Assembly (NCBI GenBank): GCA_032718475.1
Contig: JAUCBJ010000176.1
Span: 22,758 to 86,757 of the forward strand
Direction of reading: 5' to 3'
DNA from: Nemertoderma westbladi
Taxonomy: Eukaryota > Animalia > Xenacoelomorpha
Length of the DNA: 64,000 nt
The notes beneath the pieces are model-generated. The model did no database searches. It was given only the letters and a program-made list of their open reading frames with translations, and had not been told where the DNA came from. Position 1 is the first letter of the stretch. Each line of letters starts with the position of its first letter. Of this stretch, positions 30,001 through 45,000 are shown one piece after another. The position numbers and the translations under genes are program-made.

Positions 30001-33000
30001 CCAGAACGAGATAGGTCGGGGTTGAGACAAAACGAGATAGGTCGGGGTTGAGACGAAACGAGATAGGTCGGGGTTGAGACGAAACGAGATAGGTCGGGGT
30101 TGAGACAAAACCAGAACGAGATAGGTCGGGGTTGAGACAAAACCAGAACGAGAAAGGTCGGGGTTGAGACAAAACGAGATAGGTCGGGGTTGAGACGAAA
30201 CGAGATAGGTCGGGGTTGAGACAAAACCAGAACGAGATAGGTCGGGGTTAAGACAAAACCAGAACGAGATAGGTCGGGGTTGAGACAAAACCAGAACGAG
30301 ATAGGTCGGGTTGAGACAAAACGAGATAGGTCGGGGTTGAGACAAAACGAGAACGAGATAGGTCGGGGTTGAGACAAAACGAAACGAGATAGGTCGGGGT
30401 TGAGACAAAACGAAACGAGATAGGTCGGGGTTGAGACAAAACCAGAATGAGATAGGTCGGGGTTGAGACGAAACGAGATAGGTCGGGGTTGAGACAAAAC
30501 CAGAACGAGATAGGTCGGGGTTGAGATAAAACGAGATAGGTCGGGGTTGAGACAAAACCAGAACGAGATAGGTCGGGGTTGAGACGAAACGAGATAGGTC
30601 GGGGTTGAGACAAAACGAGATAGGTCGGGGTTGAGACAAAACCAGAACGAGATAGGTCGGGGTTGAGACAAAACGAGATAGGTCGGGGTTGAGACGAAAC
30701 GAGATAGGTCGGGGTTGAGACAAAACCAGAACGAGATAGGTCGGGGTTAAGACAAAACCAGAACGAGATAGGTCGGTGTTGAGACAAAACCAGAACGAGA
30801 TAGGTCGGGGTTCAGACAAAACCAGAATGAGATAGGTCGGGGTTGAGACGAAACGAGATAGGTCGGGGTTGAGACAAAACGAAACGAGATAGGTCGGGGT
30901 TGAGACAAAACCAGAATGAGATAGGTCGGGGTTGATACGAAACGAGATAGGTCGGGGTTGAGACAAAACCAGAACGAGATAGGTCGGGGTTGAGACAAAA
31001 CGAGATCGGTCGGGGTTGAGACAAAACGAAACGAGATAGGTCGGGGTTGAGACAAAACCAGAATGAGATAGGTCGGGGTTGAGACAAAACGAGATAGGTC
31101 GGGGTTGAGACGAAACGAGATAGGTCGGGGTTGAGACAAAACCAGAACGAGATAGGTCGGGGTTGAGACAAAACGAGATAGGTCGGGGTTGAGACAAAAC
31201 GAAACGAGATAGGTCGGGGTTGAGACAAAACCAGAATGAGATAGGTCGGGGTTGAGACAAAACGAGATAGGTCGGGGTTGAGACGAAACGAGATAGGTCG
31301 GGGTTGAGACAAAACCAGAACGAGATAGGTCGGGGTTGAGACAAAACTAGAATGAGATAGGTCGGGGTTGATACGAAACGAGATAGGTCGGGGTTGAGAC
31401 AAAACCAGAACGAGATAGGTCGGGGATGAGACAAAACGAGATCGGTCGGGGTTGAGACAAAACGAAACGAGATAGGTCGGGGTTGAGACAAAACCAGAAT
31501 GAGATAGGTCGGGGTTGAGACAAAACGAGATAGGTCGGGGTTGAGACGAAACGAGATAGGTCGGGGTTGAGACAAAACCAGAACGAGATAGGTCGGGGTT
31601 GAGACAAAACGAGATAGGTCGGGGTTGAGACGAAACGAGATAGGTCGGGGTTGAGACAAAACCAGAACGAGATAGGTCGGGGTTAAGACAAAACCAGAAC
31701 GAGATAGGTCGGGGTTGAGACAAAACGAGATAGGTCGGGGTTGAGACAAAACGAGATAGGTCGGGGTTGAGACAAAACCAGAACGAGATAGGTCGGGGTT
31801 GAGACAAAACGAGATAGGTCGGGGTTGAAACGAAACGAGATAGGTCGGGGTTGAGACAAAACCAGAACGAGATAGGTCGGGGTTAAGACAAAACCAGAAC
31901 GAGATAGGTCGGGGTTGAGACAAAACGAGATAGGTCGGGTTGAGACAAAACCAGAACGAGAAAGGTCGGGGTTGAGACAAAACGAAACGAGATAGGTCGG
32001 GGTTGAGACAAAACGAAACGAGATAGGTCGGGGTTGAGACAAAACCAGAATGAGATAGGTCGGGGTTGAGACGAAACGAGATAGGTCGGGGTTGAGACAA
32101 AACGGAACGAGATAGGTCGGGGTTGAGATAAAACCAGAATGAGATAGGTCGGGGTTGAGACAAAACCAGAACGAGATAGGTCGGGGTTCAGACAAAACCA
32201 GAATGAGATAGGTCGGGGTTGAGACGAAACGAGATAGGTCGGGGTTGAGACAAAACGAAACGAGATAGGTCGGGGTTGAGACAAAACCAGAATGAGATAG
32301 GTCGGGGTTGATACGAAACGAGATAGGTCGAGGTTGAGACAAAACCAGAACGAGATAGGTCGGGGTTGAGACAAAACGAGATCGGTCGGGGTTGAGACAA
32401 AACGAAACGAGATAGGTCGGGGTTGAGACAAAACCAGAATGAGATAGGTCGGGGTTGAGACAAAACGAGATAGGTCGGGGTTGAGACGAAACGAGATAGG
32501 TCGGGGTTGAGACAAAACCAGAACGAGATAGGTCGGGGTTGAGACAAAACGAGATAGGTCGGGGTTGAGACAACACGAAACGAGATAGGTCGGGGTTGAG
32601 ACAAAACCAGAATGAGATAGGTCGGGGTTGATACGAAACGAGATAGGTCGGGGTTGAGACAAAACCAGAACGAGATAGGTCGGTGTTGAGACAAAACGAG
32701 ATCGGTCGGGGTTGAGACAAAACGAAACGAGATAGGTCGGGGTTGAGACAAAACCAGAATGAGATAGGTCGGGGTTGAGACAAAACGAGATAGGTCGGGG
32801 TTGAGACGAAACGAGATAGGTCGGGGTTGAGACAAAACCAGAACGAGATAGGTCGGGGTTGAGACAAAACGAGATAGGTCGGGGTTGAGACGAAACGAGA
32901 TAGGTCGGGGTTGAGACAAAACCAGAACGAGATAGGTCGGGGTTAAGACAAAACCAGAACGAGATAGGTCGGGATTGAGACAAAACGAGATAGGTCGGGG

Positions 33001-36000
33001 TTGAGACAAAACGAGATAGGTCGGGGTTGAGACAAAACCAGAACGAGATAGGTCGGGGTTGAGACAAAACGAGATAGGTCGGGGTTGAGACGAAACGAGA
33101 TAGGTCGGGGTTGAGACAAAACCAGAACGAGATAGGTCGGGGATAAGACAAAACCAGAACGAGATAGGTCGGGGTTGAGACAAAACGAGATAGGTCGGGT
33201 TGAGACAAAACCAGAACGAGAAAGGTCGGGGTTGAGACAAAACGAAACGAGATAGGTCGGGGTTGAGACAAAACGAAACGAGATAGGTCGGGGTTGAGAC
33301 AAAACCAGAATGAGATAGGTCGGGGTTGAGACGAAACGAGATAGGTCGGGGTTGAGACAAAACGGAACGAGATAGGTCGGGGTTGAGATAAAACCAGAAT
33401 GAGATAGGTCGGGGTTGAGACGAAACGAGATAGGTCGGGGTTGAGACAAAACCAGAACGAGATAGGTCGGGGTTGAGACAAAACGAGATAGGTCGGGGTT
33501 GAGACAAAACCAGAACGAGATAGGTCGGGGTTGAGACAAAAAGAGATAGGTCGGGGTTGAGACGAAACGAGATAGGTCGGGGTTGAGACAAAACCAGAAT
33601 GAGATAGGTCGGGGTTGAGACGAAACGAGATAGGTCGGGGTTGAGACAAAACCAGAACGAGATAGGTCGGGGTTGAGACAAAACGAGATAGGTCGGGGTT
33701 GAGACAAAACCAGAACGATATAGGTCGGGGTTGAGACAAAACGAGATAGGTCGGGGTTGAGACAAAACCAGAACGAGATAGGTCGGGGTTGAGACAAAAC
33801 GAGATCGGTCGGGGTTGAGACAAAACGAAACGAGATAGGTCGGGGTTGAGACAAAACCAGAACGAGATAGGTCGGGGTTGAGACAAAACGAGATAGGTCG
33901 GGGTTGAGACGAAACGAGATAGGTCGGGGTTGAGACAAAACGAGATAGGTCGGGGTTGAGACGAAACGAGATAGGTCGGGGTTGAGACAAAACCAGAACG
34001 AGATAGGTCGGGGTTGAGACAAAACGAGATAGGTCGGGGTTGAGACAACACGAAACGAGATAGGTCGGGGTTGAGACAAAACCAGAATGAGATAGGTCGG
34101 GGTTGATACGAAACGAGATAGGTCGGGGTTGAGACAAAACCAGAACGAGATAGGTCGGTGTTGAGACAAAACGAGATCGGTCGGGGTTGAGACAAAACGA
34201 AACGAGATAGGTCGGGGTTGAGACAAAACCAGAATGAGATAGGTCGGGGTTGAGACAAAACGAGATAGGTCGGGGTTGAGACGAAACGAGATAGGTCGGG
34301 GTTGAGACAAAACCAGAACGAGATAGGTCGGGGTTGAGACAAAACGAGATAGGTCGGGGTTGAGACGAAACGAGATAGGTCGGGGTTGAGACAAAACCAG
34401 AACGAGATAGGTCGGGGTTAAGACAAAACCAGAACGAGATAGGTCGGGGTTGAGACAAAACGAGATAGGTCGGGGTTGAGACAAAACGAGATAGGTCGGG
34501 GTTGAGACAAAACCAGAACGAGATAGGTCGGGGTTGAGACAAAACGAGATAGGTCGGGGTTGAGACGAAACGAGATAGGTCGGGGTTGAGACAAAACCAG
34601 AACGAGATAGGTCGGGGTTGAGACAAAACGAAACGAGATAGGTCGGGGTTGAGACAAAACCAGAATGAGATAGGTCGGGGTTGAGACAAAACGAGATAGG
34701 TCGGGGTTGAGACGAAACGAGATAGGTCGGGGTTGAGACAAAACCAGAACGAGATAGGTCGGGGTTGAGACAAAACGAGATAGGTCGGGGTTGAGACGAA
34801 ACGAGATAGGTCGGGGTTGAGACAAAACCAGAACGAGATAGGTCGGGGTTAAGACAAAACCAGAACGAGATAGGTCGGGGTTGAGACAAAACGAGATAGG
34901 TCGGGGTTGAGACGAAACGAGATAGGTCGGGGTTGAGACAAAACCAGAACGAGATAGGTCGGGGTTAAGACAAAACCAGAACGAGATAGGTCGGGGTTGA
35001 GACAAAACGAGATAGGTCGGGTTGAGACAAAACCAGAACGAGAAAGGTCGGGGTTGAGACAAAACGAAACGAGATAGGTCGGGGTTGAGACAAAACGAAA
35101 CGAGATAGGTCGGGGTTGAGACAAAACCAGAATGAGATAGGTCGGGGTTGAGACGAAACGAGATAGGTCGGGGTTGAGACAAAACGGAACGAGATAGGTC
35201 GGGGTTGAGATAAAACCAGAATGAGATAGGTCGGGGTTGAGACAAAACGAAACGAGATAGGTCGGGGTTGAGACAAAACCAGAATGAGATAGGTCGGGGT
35301 TGAGACAAAACGAGATAGGTCGGGGTTGAGACGAAACGAGATAGGTCGGGGTTGAGACAAAACCAGAACGAGATAGGTCGGGGTTGAGACAAAACGAGAT
35401 AGGTCGGGGTTGAGACGAAACGAGATAGGTCGGGGTTGAGACAAAACCAGAACGAGATAGGTCGGGGTTAAGACAAAACCAGAACGAGATAGGTCGGGGT
35501 TGAGACAAAACGAGATAGGTCGGGGTTGAGACAAAACGAGATAGGTCGGGGTTGAGACAAAACCAGAACGAGATAGGTCGGGGTTGAGACAAAACGAGAT
35601 AGGTCGGGGTTGAGACGAAACGAGATAGGTCGGGGTTGAGACAAAACCAGAACGAGATAGGTCGGGGTTGAGACAAAACGAAACGAGATAGGTCGGGGTT
35701 GAGACAAAACCAGAATGAGATAGGTCGGGGTTGAGACAAAACGAGATAGGTCGGGGTTGAGACGAAACGAGATAGGTCGGGGTTGAGACAAAACCAGAAC
35801 GAGATAGGTCGGGGTTGAGACAAAACGAGATAGGTCGGGGTTGAGACGAAACGAGATAGGTCGGGGTTGAGACAAAACCAGAACGAGATAGGTCGGGGTT
35901 AAGACAAAACCAGAACGAGATAGGTCGGGGTTGAGACAAAACGAGATAGGTCGGGGTTGAGACGAAACGAGATAGGTCGGGGTTGAGACAAAACCAGAAC

Positions 36001-39000
36001 GAGATAGGTCGGGGTTAAGACAAAACCAGAACGAGATAGGTCGGGGTTGAGACAAAACGAGATAGGTCGGGTTGAGACAAAACCAGAACGAGAAAGGTCG
36101 GGGTTGAGACAAAACGAAACGAGATAGGTCGGGGTTGAGACAAAACGAAACGAGATAGGTCGGGGTTGAGACAAAACCAGAATGAGATAGGTCGGGGTTG
36201 AGACGAAACGAGATAGGTCGGGGTTGAGACAAAACGGAACGAGATAGGTCGGGGTTGAGATAAAACCAGAATGAGATAGGTCGGGGTTGAGACGAAACGA
36301 GATAGGTCGGGGTTGAGACAAAACCAGAACGAGATAGGTCGGGGTTGAGACAAAACGAGATAGGTCGGGGTTGAGACAAAACCAGAACGAGATAGGTCGG
36401 GGTTGAGACAAAAAGAGATTGGTCGGGGTAGAGACGAAACGAGATAGGTCGGGGTTGAGACAAAACCAGAATGAGATAGGTCGGGGTTGAGACGAAACGA
36501 GATAGGTCGGGGTTGAGACAAAACCAGAACGAGATAGGTCGGGGTTGAGACAAAACGAGATAGGTCGGGGTTGAGACAAAACCAGAACGATATAGGTCGG
36601 GGTTGAGACAAAACGAGATAGGTCGGGGTTGAGACAAAACGAGATAGGTCGGGGTTGTGACAAAACGAGATAGGTCTGGGTTGAGACAAAACGAGATAGG
36701 TCGGGGTTGAGACAAAACGAGATAGGTCGGGGTTGAGACAAAACGAGATAGGTCGGGGTTGAGACAAAACAAGATAGGTCGGGGTTGAGACAACACGAGA
36801 TAGGTCGGGGTTGAGACAAAACGAGTAGGTCGGGGTTGAGACAATACGAGATAGGTCGGGGTTGAGACAAAACGAGATAGGTCGGGGTTGAGACAAAACG
36901 AGATAGGTCGGGGTTGAGACAAAACAAGATAGGTCGGGGTTGAGACAACACGAGATAGGTCGGGGTTGAGACAAAACGAGTAGGTCGGGGTTGAGACAAA
37001 ACCAGAACGAGATAGGTCAGGGTTGAGACAAAACGAGATAGGTCGGGGTTGAGACAAAACGAGATAGGTCGGGGTTGAGACAAAACGAGATAGGTCGGGG
37101 TTGAGACAAAACCAGAACGAGATAGGTCGCGGTTGAGACAAAACGAGAACGAGATAGGTCGGGGTTGAGACAAAACGAGATAGGTCGGGGTTGAGACAAA
37201 ACGAGAACGAGATAGGTCGGGGTTCAGACAAAACCAGAACGAGATAGGTCGGGGTTCAGACAAAACCAGAACGAGATAGGTCGGGGTTGAGACAAAACGA
37301 GATAGGTCGGGGTTGAGACAAAACCAGAACGAGATAGGTCGGGGTTGAGACAACACGAGAACGATATAGGTCGGGGTTGAGACAAAACGAGATAGGTCGG
37401 GGTTGAGACAAAACGAGAACGAGATAGGTAGGGGTTGAGACAAAACGAGAACGAGATAGGTCGGGGTTGAGACAAAACGAGATAGGTCGGGGTTGAGACA
37501 ATACGAGAACGAGATAGGTCGGGGTTGAGACAAAACGAGATAGGTCTGGGTTGAGACAAAACGAGAACGAGATAGTTCGGGGTTGAGACAAAACCAGAAC
37601 GAGATAGGTCAGGGTTGAGACAAAACGAGATAGGTCGGGTTGAGACAACACGAGATAGGTCGGGGTTGAGACAAAACGAGTAGGTCGGGGTTGAGACAAA
37701 ACCAGAACGAGATAGGTCGGGGTTGAGACAAAACCAGAACGAGTTAGGTCGGGGTTGAGACAAAACGAGATAGGTCGGGGTTGAGACAAAACGAGATAGG
37801 TCGGGGTTGAGACAAAACAAGATAGGTCGGGGTTGAGTCAACACGAGATAGGTCGGGGTTGAGACAAAACGAGTAGGTCGGGGTTGAGACAAAACCAGAA
37901 CGAGATAGGTCAGGGTTGAGACAAAACGAGATAGGTCGGGGTTGAGACAAAACGAGATAGGTCGGGGTTGAGACAAAACGAGATAGGTCGGGGTTGAGAC
38001 AAAACCAGAACGAGATAGGTCGGGGTTGAGACAAAACGAGAACGAGATAGGTCGGGGTTCAGACAAAACCAGAACGAGATAGGTCGGGGTTCAGACAAAA
38101 CCAGAACGAGATAGGTCGGGGTTGAGAAAAAATGATATAGGTCGGGGTTGAGACAAAACGAGATAGGTCGGGATTGAGACAAAACGAGAACGAGATAGGT
38201 CGGGGTTGAGACAAAACGAGAACGAGATAGGTCGGGGTTGAGACAAAACGAGAACGAGATAGGTTGGGGTTGAGACGAAACCAGAACGAGATAGGTCGGG
38301 GTTGAGACAAAACGAGATAGGTCGGGGTTGAGACAAAACGAGAACGAGATAGGTAGGGGTTGAGACAAAACGAGAACGAGATAGGTCGGGGTTGAGACAA
38401 AACGAGATAGGTCGGGGTTGAGACAATACGAGAACGAGATAGGTCGGGGTTGAGACAAAACGAGATAGGTCGGGGTTGAGACAAAACGAGAACGAGATAG
38501 GTCGGGGTTGAGACAAAACCAGAACGAGATAGGTCAGGGTTGAGACAAAACGAGATAGGTCGGGTTGAGACAACACGAGATAGGTCGGGGTTGAGACAAA
38601 ACGAGTAGGTCGGGGTTGAGACAAAACCAGAACGAGATAGGTCGGGGTTGAGACAAAACCAGAACGAGTTAGGTCGGGGTTGAGACAAAACGAGATAGGT
38701 CGGGGTTGAGACAAAACGAGATAGGTCGGGGTTGAGACAAAACAAGATAGGTCGGGGTTGAGTCAACACGAGATAGGTCGGGGTTGAGACAAAACGAGTA
38801 GGTCGGGGTTGAGACAAAACCAGAACGAGATAGGTCAGGGTTGAGACAAAACGAGATAGGTCGGGGTTGAGACAAAACGAGATAGGTCGGGGTTGAGACA
38901 AAACGAGATAGGTCGGGGTTGAGACAAAACCAGAACGAGATAGGTCGGGGTTGAGACAAAACGAGAACGAGATAGGTCGGGGTTCAGACAAAACCAGAAC

Positions 39001-42000
39001 GAGATAGGTCGGGGTTCAGACAAAACCAGAACGAGATAGGTCGGGGTTGAGAAAAAATGATATAGGTCGGGGTTGAGACAAAACGAGATAGGTCGGGATT
39101 GAGACAAAACGAGAACGAGATAGGTCGGGGTTGAGACAAAACGAGAACGAGATAGGTCGGGGTTGAGACAAAACGAGAACGAGATAGGTCGGGGTTGAGA
39201 CGAAACCAGAACGAGATAGGTCGGGGTTGAGACAAAACGAGATAGGTCGGGGTTGAGACAAAACCAGAACGAGATAGGTCGGGGTTGAGACAAAACGAGA
39301 ACGAGATAGGTCGGGGTTGAGACAAAACAGAACGAGATAGGTCGGGGTTGAGACAAAACGAGATAGGTCGGGGTTGAGACAAAACGAAACGAGATAGGTC
39401 GGGGTTGAGACAAAACCAGAACGAGATAGGTCGGGGTTGAGACAAAACGAGATAGGTCGGGGTTGAGACGAAACGAGATAGGTCGGGGTTGAGACAAAAC
39501 GAGATAGGTCGGGGTTGAGACAGAAACGAGATAGGTCGGGGTTGAGACAAAACCAGAACGAGATAGGTCGGGGTTGAGACAAAACGAGATAGGTCGGGGT
39601 TGAGACAAAACGAAACGAGATAGGTCGGGGTTGAGACAAAACCAGAATGAGATAGGTCGGGGTTGATACGAAACGAGATAGGTCGGGGTTGAGACAAAAC
39701 CAGAACGAGATAGGTCGGGGTTGAGACAAAACGAGATCGGTCGGGGTTGAGACAAAACGAAACGAGATAGGTCGGGGTTGAGACAAAACCAGAATGAGAT
39801 AGGTCGGGGTTGAGACAAAACGAGATAGGTCGGGGTTGAGACGAAACGAGATAGGTCGGGGTTGAGACAAAACCAGAACGAGATAGGTCGGGGTTGAGAC
39901 AAAACGAGATAGGTCGGGGTTGAGACGAAACGAGATAGGTCGGGGTTGAGACAAAACCAGAACGAGATAGGTCGGGGTTAAGACAAAACCAGAACGAGAT
40001 AGGTCGGGGTTGAGACAAAACGAGATAGGTCGGGGTTGAGACAAAACGAGATAGGTCGGGGTTGAGACAAAACCAGAACGAGATAGGTCGGGGTTGAGAC
40101 AAAACGAGATAGGTCGGGGTTGAGACGAAACGAGATAGGTCGGGGTTGAGACAAAACCAGAACGAGATAGGTCGGGGTTGAGACAAAACGAAACGAGATA
40201 GGTCGGGGTTGAGACAAAACCAGAATGAGATAGGTCGGGGTTGAGACAAAACGAGATAGGTCGGGGTTGAGACGAAACGAGATAGGTCGGGGTTGAGACA
40301 AAACCAGAACGAGATAGGTCGGGGTTGAGACAAAACGAGATAGGTCGGGGTTGAGACGAAACGAGATAGGTCGGGGTTGAGACAAAACCAGAACGAGATA
40401 GGTCGGGGTTAAGACAAAACCAGAACGAGATAGGTCGGGGTTGAGACAAAACGAGATAGGTCGGGGTTGAGACAAAACGAGATAGGTCGGGGTTGAGACA
40501 AAACCAGAACGAGATAGGTCGGGGTTGAGACAAAACGAGATAGGTCGGGGTTGAGACGAAACGAGATAGGTCGGGGTTGAGACAAAACCAGAACGAGATA
40601 GGTCGGGGTTAAGACAAAACCAGAACGAGATAGGTCGGGGTTGAGACAAAACGAGATAGGTCGGGTTGAGACAAAACCAGAACGAGAAAGGTCGGGGTTG
40701 AGACAAAACGAAACGAGATAGGTCGGGGTTGAGACAAAACGAAACGAGATAGGTCGGGGTTGAGACAAAACCAGAATGAGATAGGTCGGGGTTGAGACGA
40801 AACGAGATAGGTCGGGGTTGAGACAAAACGGAACGAGATAGGTCGGGGTTGAGATAAAACCAGAATGAGATAGGTCGGGGTTGAGACGAAACGAGATAGG
40901 TCGGGGTTGAGACAAAACCAAAACGAGATAGGTCGGGGTTGAGACAAAACGAGATAGGTCGGGGTTGAGACAAAACCAGAACGAGATAGGTCGGGGTTGA
41001 GACAAAAAGAGATTGGTCGGGGTAGAGACGAAACGAGATAGGTCGGGGTTGAGACAAAACCAGAATGAGATAGGTCGGGGTTGAGACGAAACGAGATAGG
41101 TCGGGGTTGAGACAAAACCAGAACGAGATAGGTCGGGGTTGAGACAAAACGAGATAGGTCGGGGTTGAGACAAAACCAGAACGATATAGGTCGGGGTTGA
41201 GACAAAACGAGATAGGTCGGGGTTGAGACAAAACGAGATAGGTCGGGGTTGTGACAAAACGAGATAGGTCTGGGTTGAGACAAAACGAGATAGGTCGGGG
41301 TTGAGACAAAACGAGATAGGTCGGGGTTGAGACAAAACGAGATAGGTCGGGGTTGAGACAAAACAAGATAGGTCGGGGTTGAGACAACACGAGATAGGTC
41401 GGGGTTGAGACAAAACGAGTAGGTCGGGGTTGAGACAATACGAGATAGGTCGGGGTTGAGACAAAACGAGATAGGTCGGGGTTGAGACAAAACGAGATAG
41501 GTCGGGGTTGAGACAAAACAAGATAGGTCGGGGTTGAGACAACACGAGATAGGTCGGGGTTGAGACAAAACGAGTAGGTCGGGGTTGAGACAAAACCAGA
41601 ACGAGATAGGTCAGGGTTGAGACAAAACGAGATAGGTCGGGGTTGAGACAAAACGAGATAGGTCGGGGTTGAGACAAAACGAGATAGGTCGGGGTTGAGA
41701 CAAAACCAGAACGAGATAGGTCGCGGTTGAGACAAAACGAGAACGAGATAGGTCGGGGTTGAGACAAAACGAGATAGGTCGGGGTTGAGACAAAACGAGA
41801 ACGAGATAGGTCGGGGTTCAGACAAAACCAGAACGAGATAGGTCGGGGTTCAGACAAAACCAGAACGAGATAGGTCGGGGTTGAGACAAAACGAGATAGG
41901 TCGGGGTTGAGACAAAACCAGAACGAGATAGGTCGGGGTTGAGACAACACGAGAACGATATAGGTCGGGGTTGAGACAAAACGAGATAGGTCGGGGTTGA

Positions 42001-45000
42001 GACAAAACGAGAACGAGATAGGTAGGGGTTGAGACAAAACGAGAACGAGATAGGTCGGGGTTGAGACAAAACGAGATAGGTCGGGGTTGAGACAATACGA
42101 GAACGAGATAGGTCGGGGTTGAGACAAAACGAGATAGGTCTGGGTTGAGACAAAACGAGAACGAGATAGTTCGGGGTTGAGACAAAACCAGAACGAGATA
42201 GGTCAGGGTTGAGACAAAACGAGATAGGTCGGGTTGAGACAACACGAGATAGGTCGGGGTTGAGACAAAACGAGTAGGTCGGGGTTGAGACAAAACCAGA
42301 ACGAGATAGGTCGGGGTTGAGACAAAACCAGAACGAGTTAGGTCGGGGTTGAGACAAAACGAGATAGGTCGGGGTTGAGACAAAACGAGATAGGTCGGGG
42401 TTGAGACAAAACAAGATAGGTCGGGGTTGAGTCAACACGAGATAGGTCGGGGTTGAGACAAAACGAGTAGGTCGGGGTTGAGACAAAACCAGAACGAGAT
42501 AGGTCAGGGTTGAGACAAAACGAGATAGGTCGGGGTTGAGACAAAACGAGATAGGTCGGGGTTGAGACAAAACGAGATAGGTCGGGGTTGAGACAAAACC
42601 AGAACGAGATAGGTCGGGGTTGAGACAAAACGAGAACGAGATAGGTCGGGGTTCAGACAAAACCAGAACGAGATAGGTCGGGGTTCAGACAAAACCAGAA
42701 CGAGATAGGTCGGGGTTGAGAAAAAATGATATAGGTCGGGGTTGAGACAAAACGAGATAGGTCGGGATTGAGACAAAACGAGAACGAGATAGGTCGGGGT
42801 TGAGACAAAACGAGAACGAGATAGGTCGGGGTTGAGACAAAACGAGAACGAGATAGGTTGGGGTTGAGACGAAACCAGAACGAGATAGGTCGGGGTTGAG
42901 ACAAAACGATATAGGTCGGGGTTGAGACAAAACCAGAACGAGATAGGTCGGGGTTGAGACAAAACGAGAACGAGATAGGTCGGGGTTGAGACAAAACGAG
43001 AACGAGATAGGTAGGGGTTGAGACAAAACGAGAACGAGATAGGTCGGGGTTGAGACAAAACCAGAACGAGATAGGTAGGGGTTCAGACAAAACCAGAACG
43101 AGATAGGTAGGGGTTGAGACAAAACGAGAACGAGATAGGTCGGGGTTGAGACAAAACCAGAACGAGATAGGTCGGGGTTGAGACAAAACGAGATAGGTCG
43201 GGGTTGAGACAAAACCAGAACGAGATAGGTCGGGGTTGAGACAAAAAGAGATTGGTCGGGGTAGAGACGAAACGAGATAGGTCGGGGTTGAGACAAAACC
43301 AGAATGAGATAGGTCGGGGTTGAGACGAAACGAGATAGGTCGGGGTTGAGACAAAACCAGAACGAGATAGGTCGGGGTTGAGACAAAACGAGATAGGTCG
43401 GGGTTGAGACAAAACCAGAACGATATAGGTCGGGGTTGAGACAAAACGAGATAGGTCGGGGTTGAGACAAAACGAGATAGGTCGGGGTTGTGACAAAACG
43501 AGATAGGTCTGGGTTGAGACAAAACGAGATAGGTCGGGGTTGAGACAAAACGAGATAGGTCGGGGTTGAGACAAAACGAGATAGGTCGGGGTTGAGACAA
43601 AACAAGATAGGTCGGGGTTGAGACAACACGAGATAGGTCGGGGTTGAGACAAAACGAGTAGGTCGGGGTTGAGACAATACGAGATAGGTCGGGGTTGAGA
43701 CAAAACGAGATAGGTCGGGGTTGAGACAAAACGAGATAGGTCGGGGTTGAGACAAAACAAGATAGGTCGGGGTTGAGACAACACGAGATAGGTCGGGGTT
43801 GAGACAAAACAGTAGGTCGGGGTTGAGACAAAACCAGAACGAGATAGGTCAGGGTTGAGACAAAACGAGATAGGTCGGGGTTGAGACAAAACGAGATAGG
43901 TCGGGGTTGAGACAAAACGAGATAGGTCGGGGTTGAGACAAAACCAGAACGAGATAGGTCGCGGTTGAGACAAAACGAGAACGAGATAGGTCGGGGTTGA
44001 GACAAAACGAGATAGGTCGGGGTTGAGACAAAACGAGAACGAGATAGGTCGGGGTTCAGACAAAACCAGAACGAGATAGGTCGGGGTTCAGACAAAACCA
44101 GAACGAGATAGGTCGGGGTTGAGACAAAACGAGATAGGTCGGGGTTGAGACAAAACCAGAACGAGATAGGTCGGGGTTGAGACAAAACGAGATAGGTCGG
44201 GGTTGAGACAAAACGAGAACGAGATAGGTCGGGGTTGAGACAACACGAGAACGATATAGGTCGGGGTTGAGACAAAACGAGATAGGTCGGGGTTGAGACA
44301 AAACGAGAACGAGATAGGTAGGGGTTGAGACAAAACCAGAACGAGATAGGTCGGGGTTCAGACAAAACCAGAACGAGATAGGTCGGGGTTGAGACAACAC
44401 GAGAACGATATAGGTCGGGGTTGAGACAAAACGAGATAGGTCGGGGTTGAGACAAAACGAGAACGAGATAGGTCGGGGTTCAGACAAAACCAGAACGAGA
44501 TAGGTCGGGGTTCAGACAAAACCAGAACGAGATAGGTCGGGGTTGAGACAAAACGAGATAGGTCGGGGTTGAGACAAAACCAGAACGAGATAGGTCGGGG
44601 TTGAGACAAAACGAGATAGGTCGGGGTTGAGACAAAACGAGAACGAGATAGGTCGGGGTTGAGACAACACGAGAACGATATAGGTCGGGGTTGAGACAAA
44701 ACGAGATAGGTCGGGGTTGAGACAAAACGAGAACGAGATAGGTCGGGGTTGAGACAAAACGAGAACGAGATAGGTCGGGGTTGAGACAAAACGAGATAGG
44801 TCGGGGTTGAGACAATACGAGAACGAGATAGGTCGGGGTTGAGACAAAACGAGATAGGTCTGGGTTGAGACAAAACGAGAACGAGATAGTTCGGGGTTGA
44901 GACAAAACCAGAACGAGATAGGTCAGGGTTGAGACAAAACGAGATAGGTCGGGTTGAGACAACACGAGATAGGTCGGGGTTGAGACAAAACGAGTAGGTC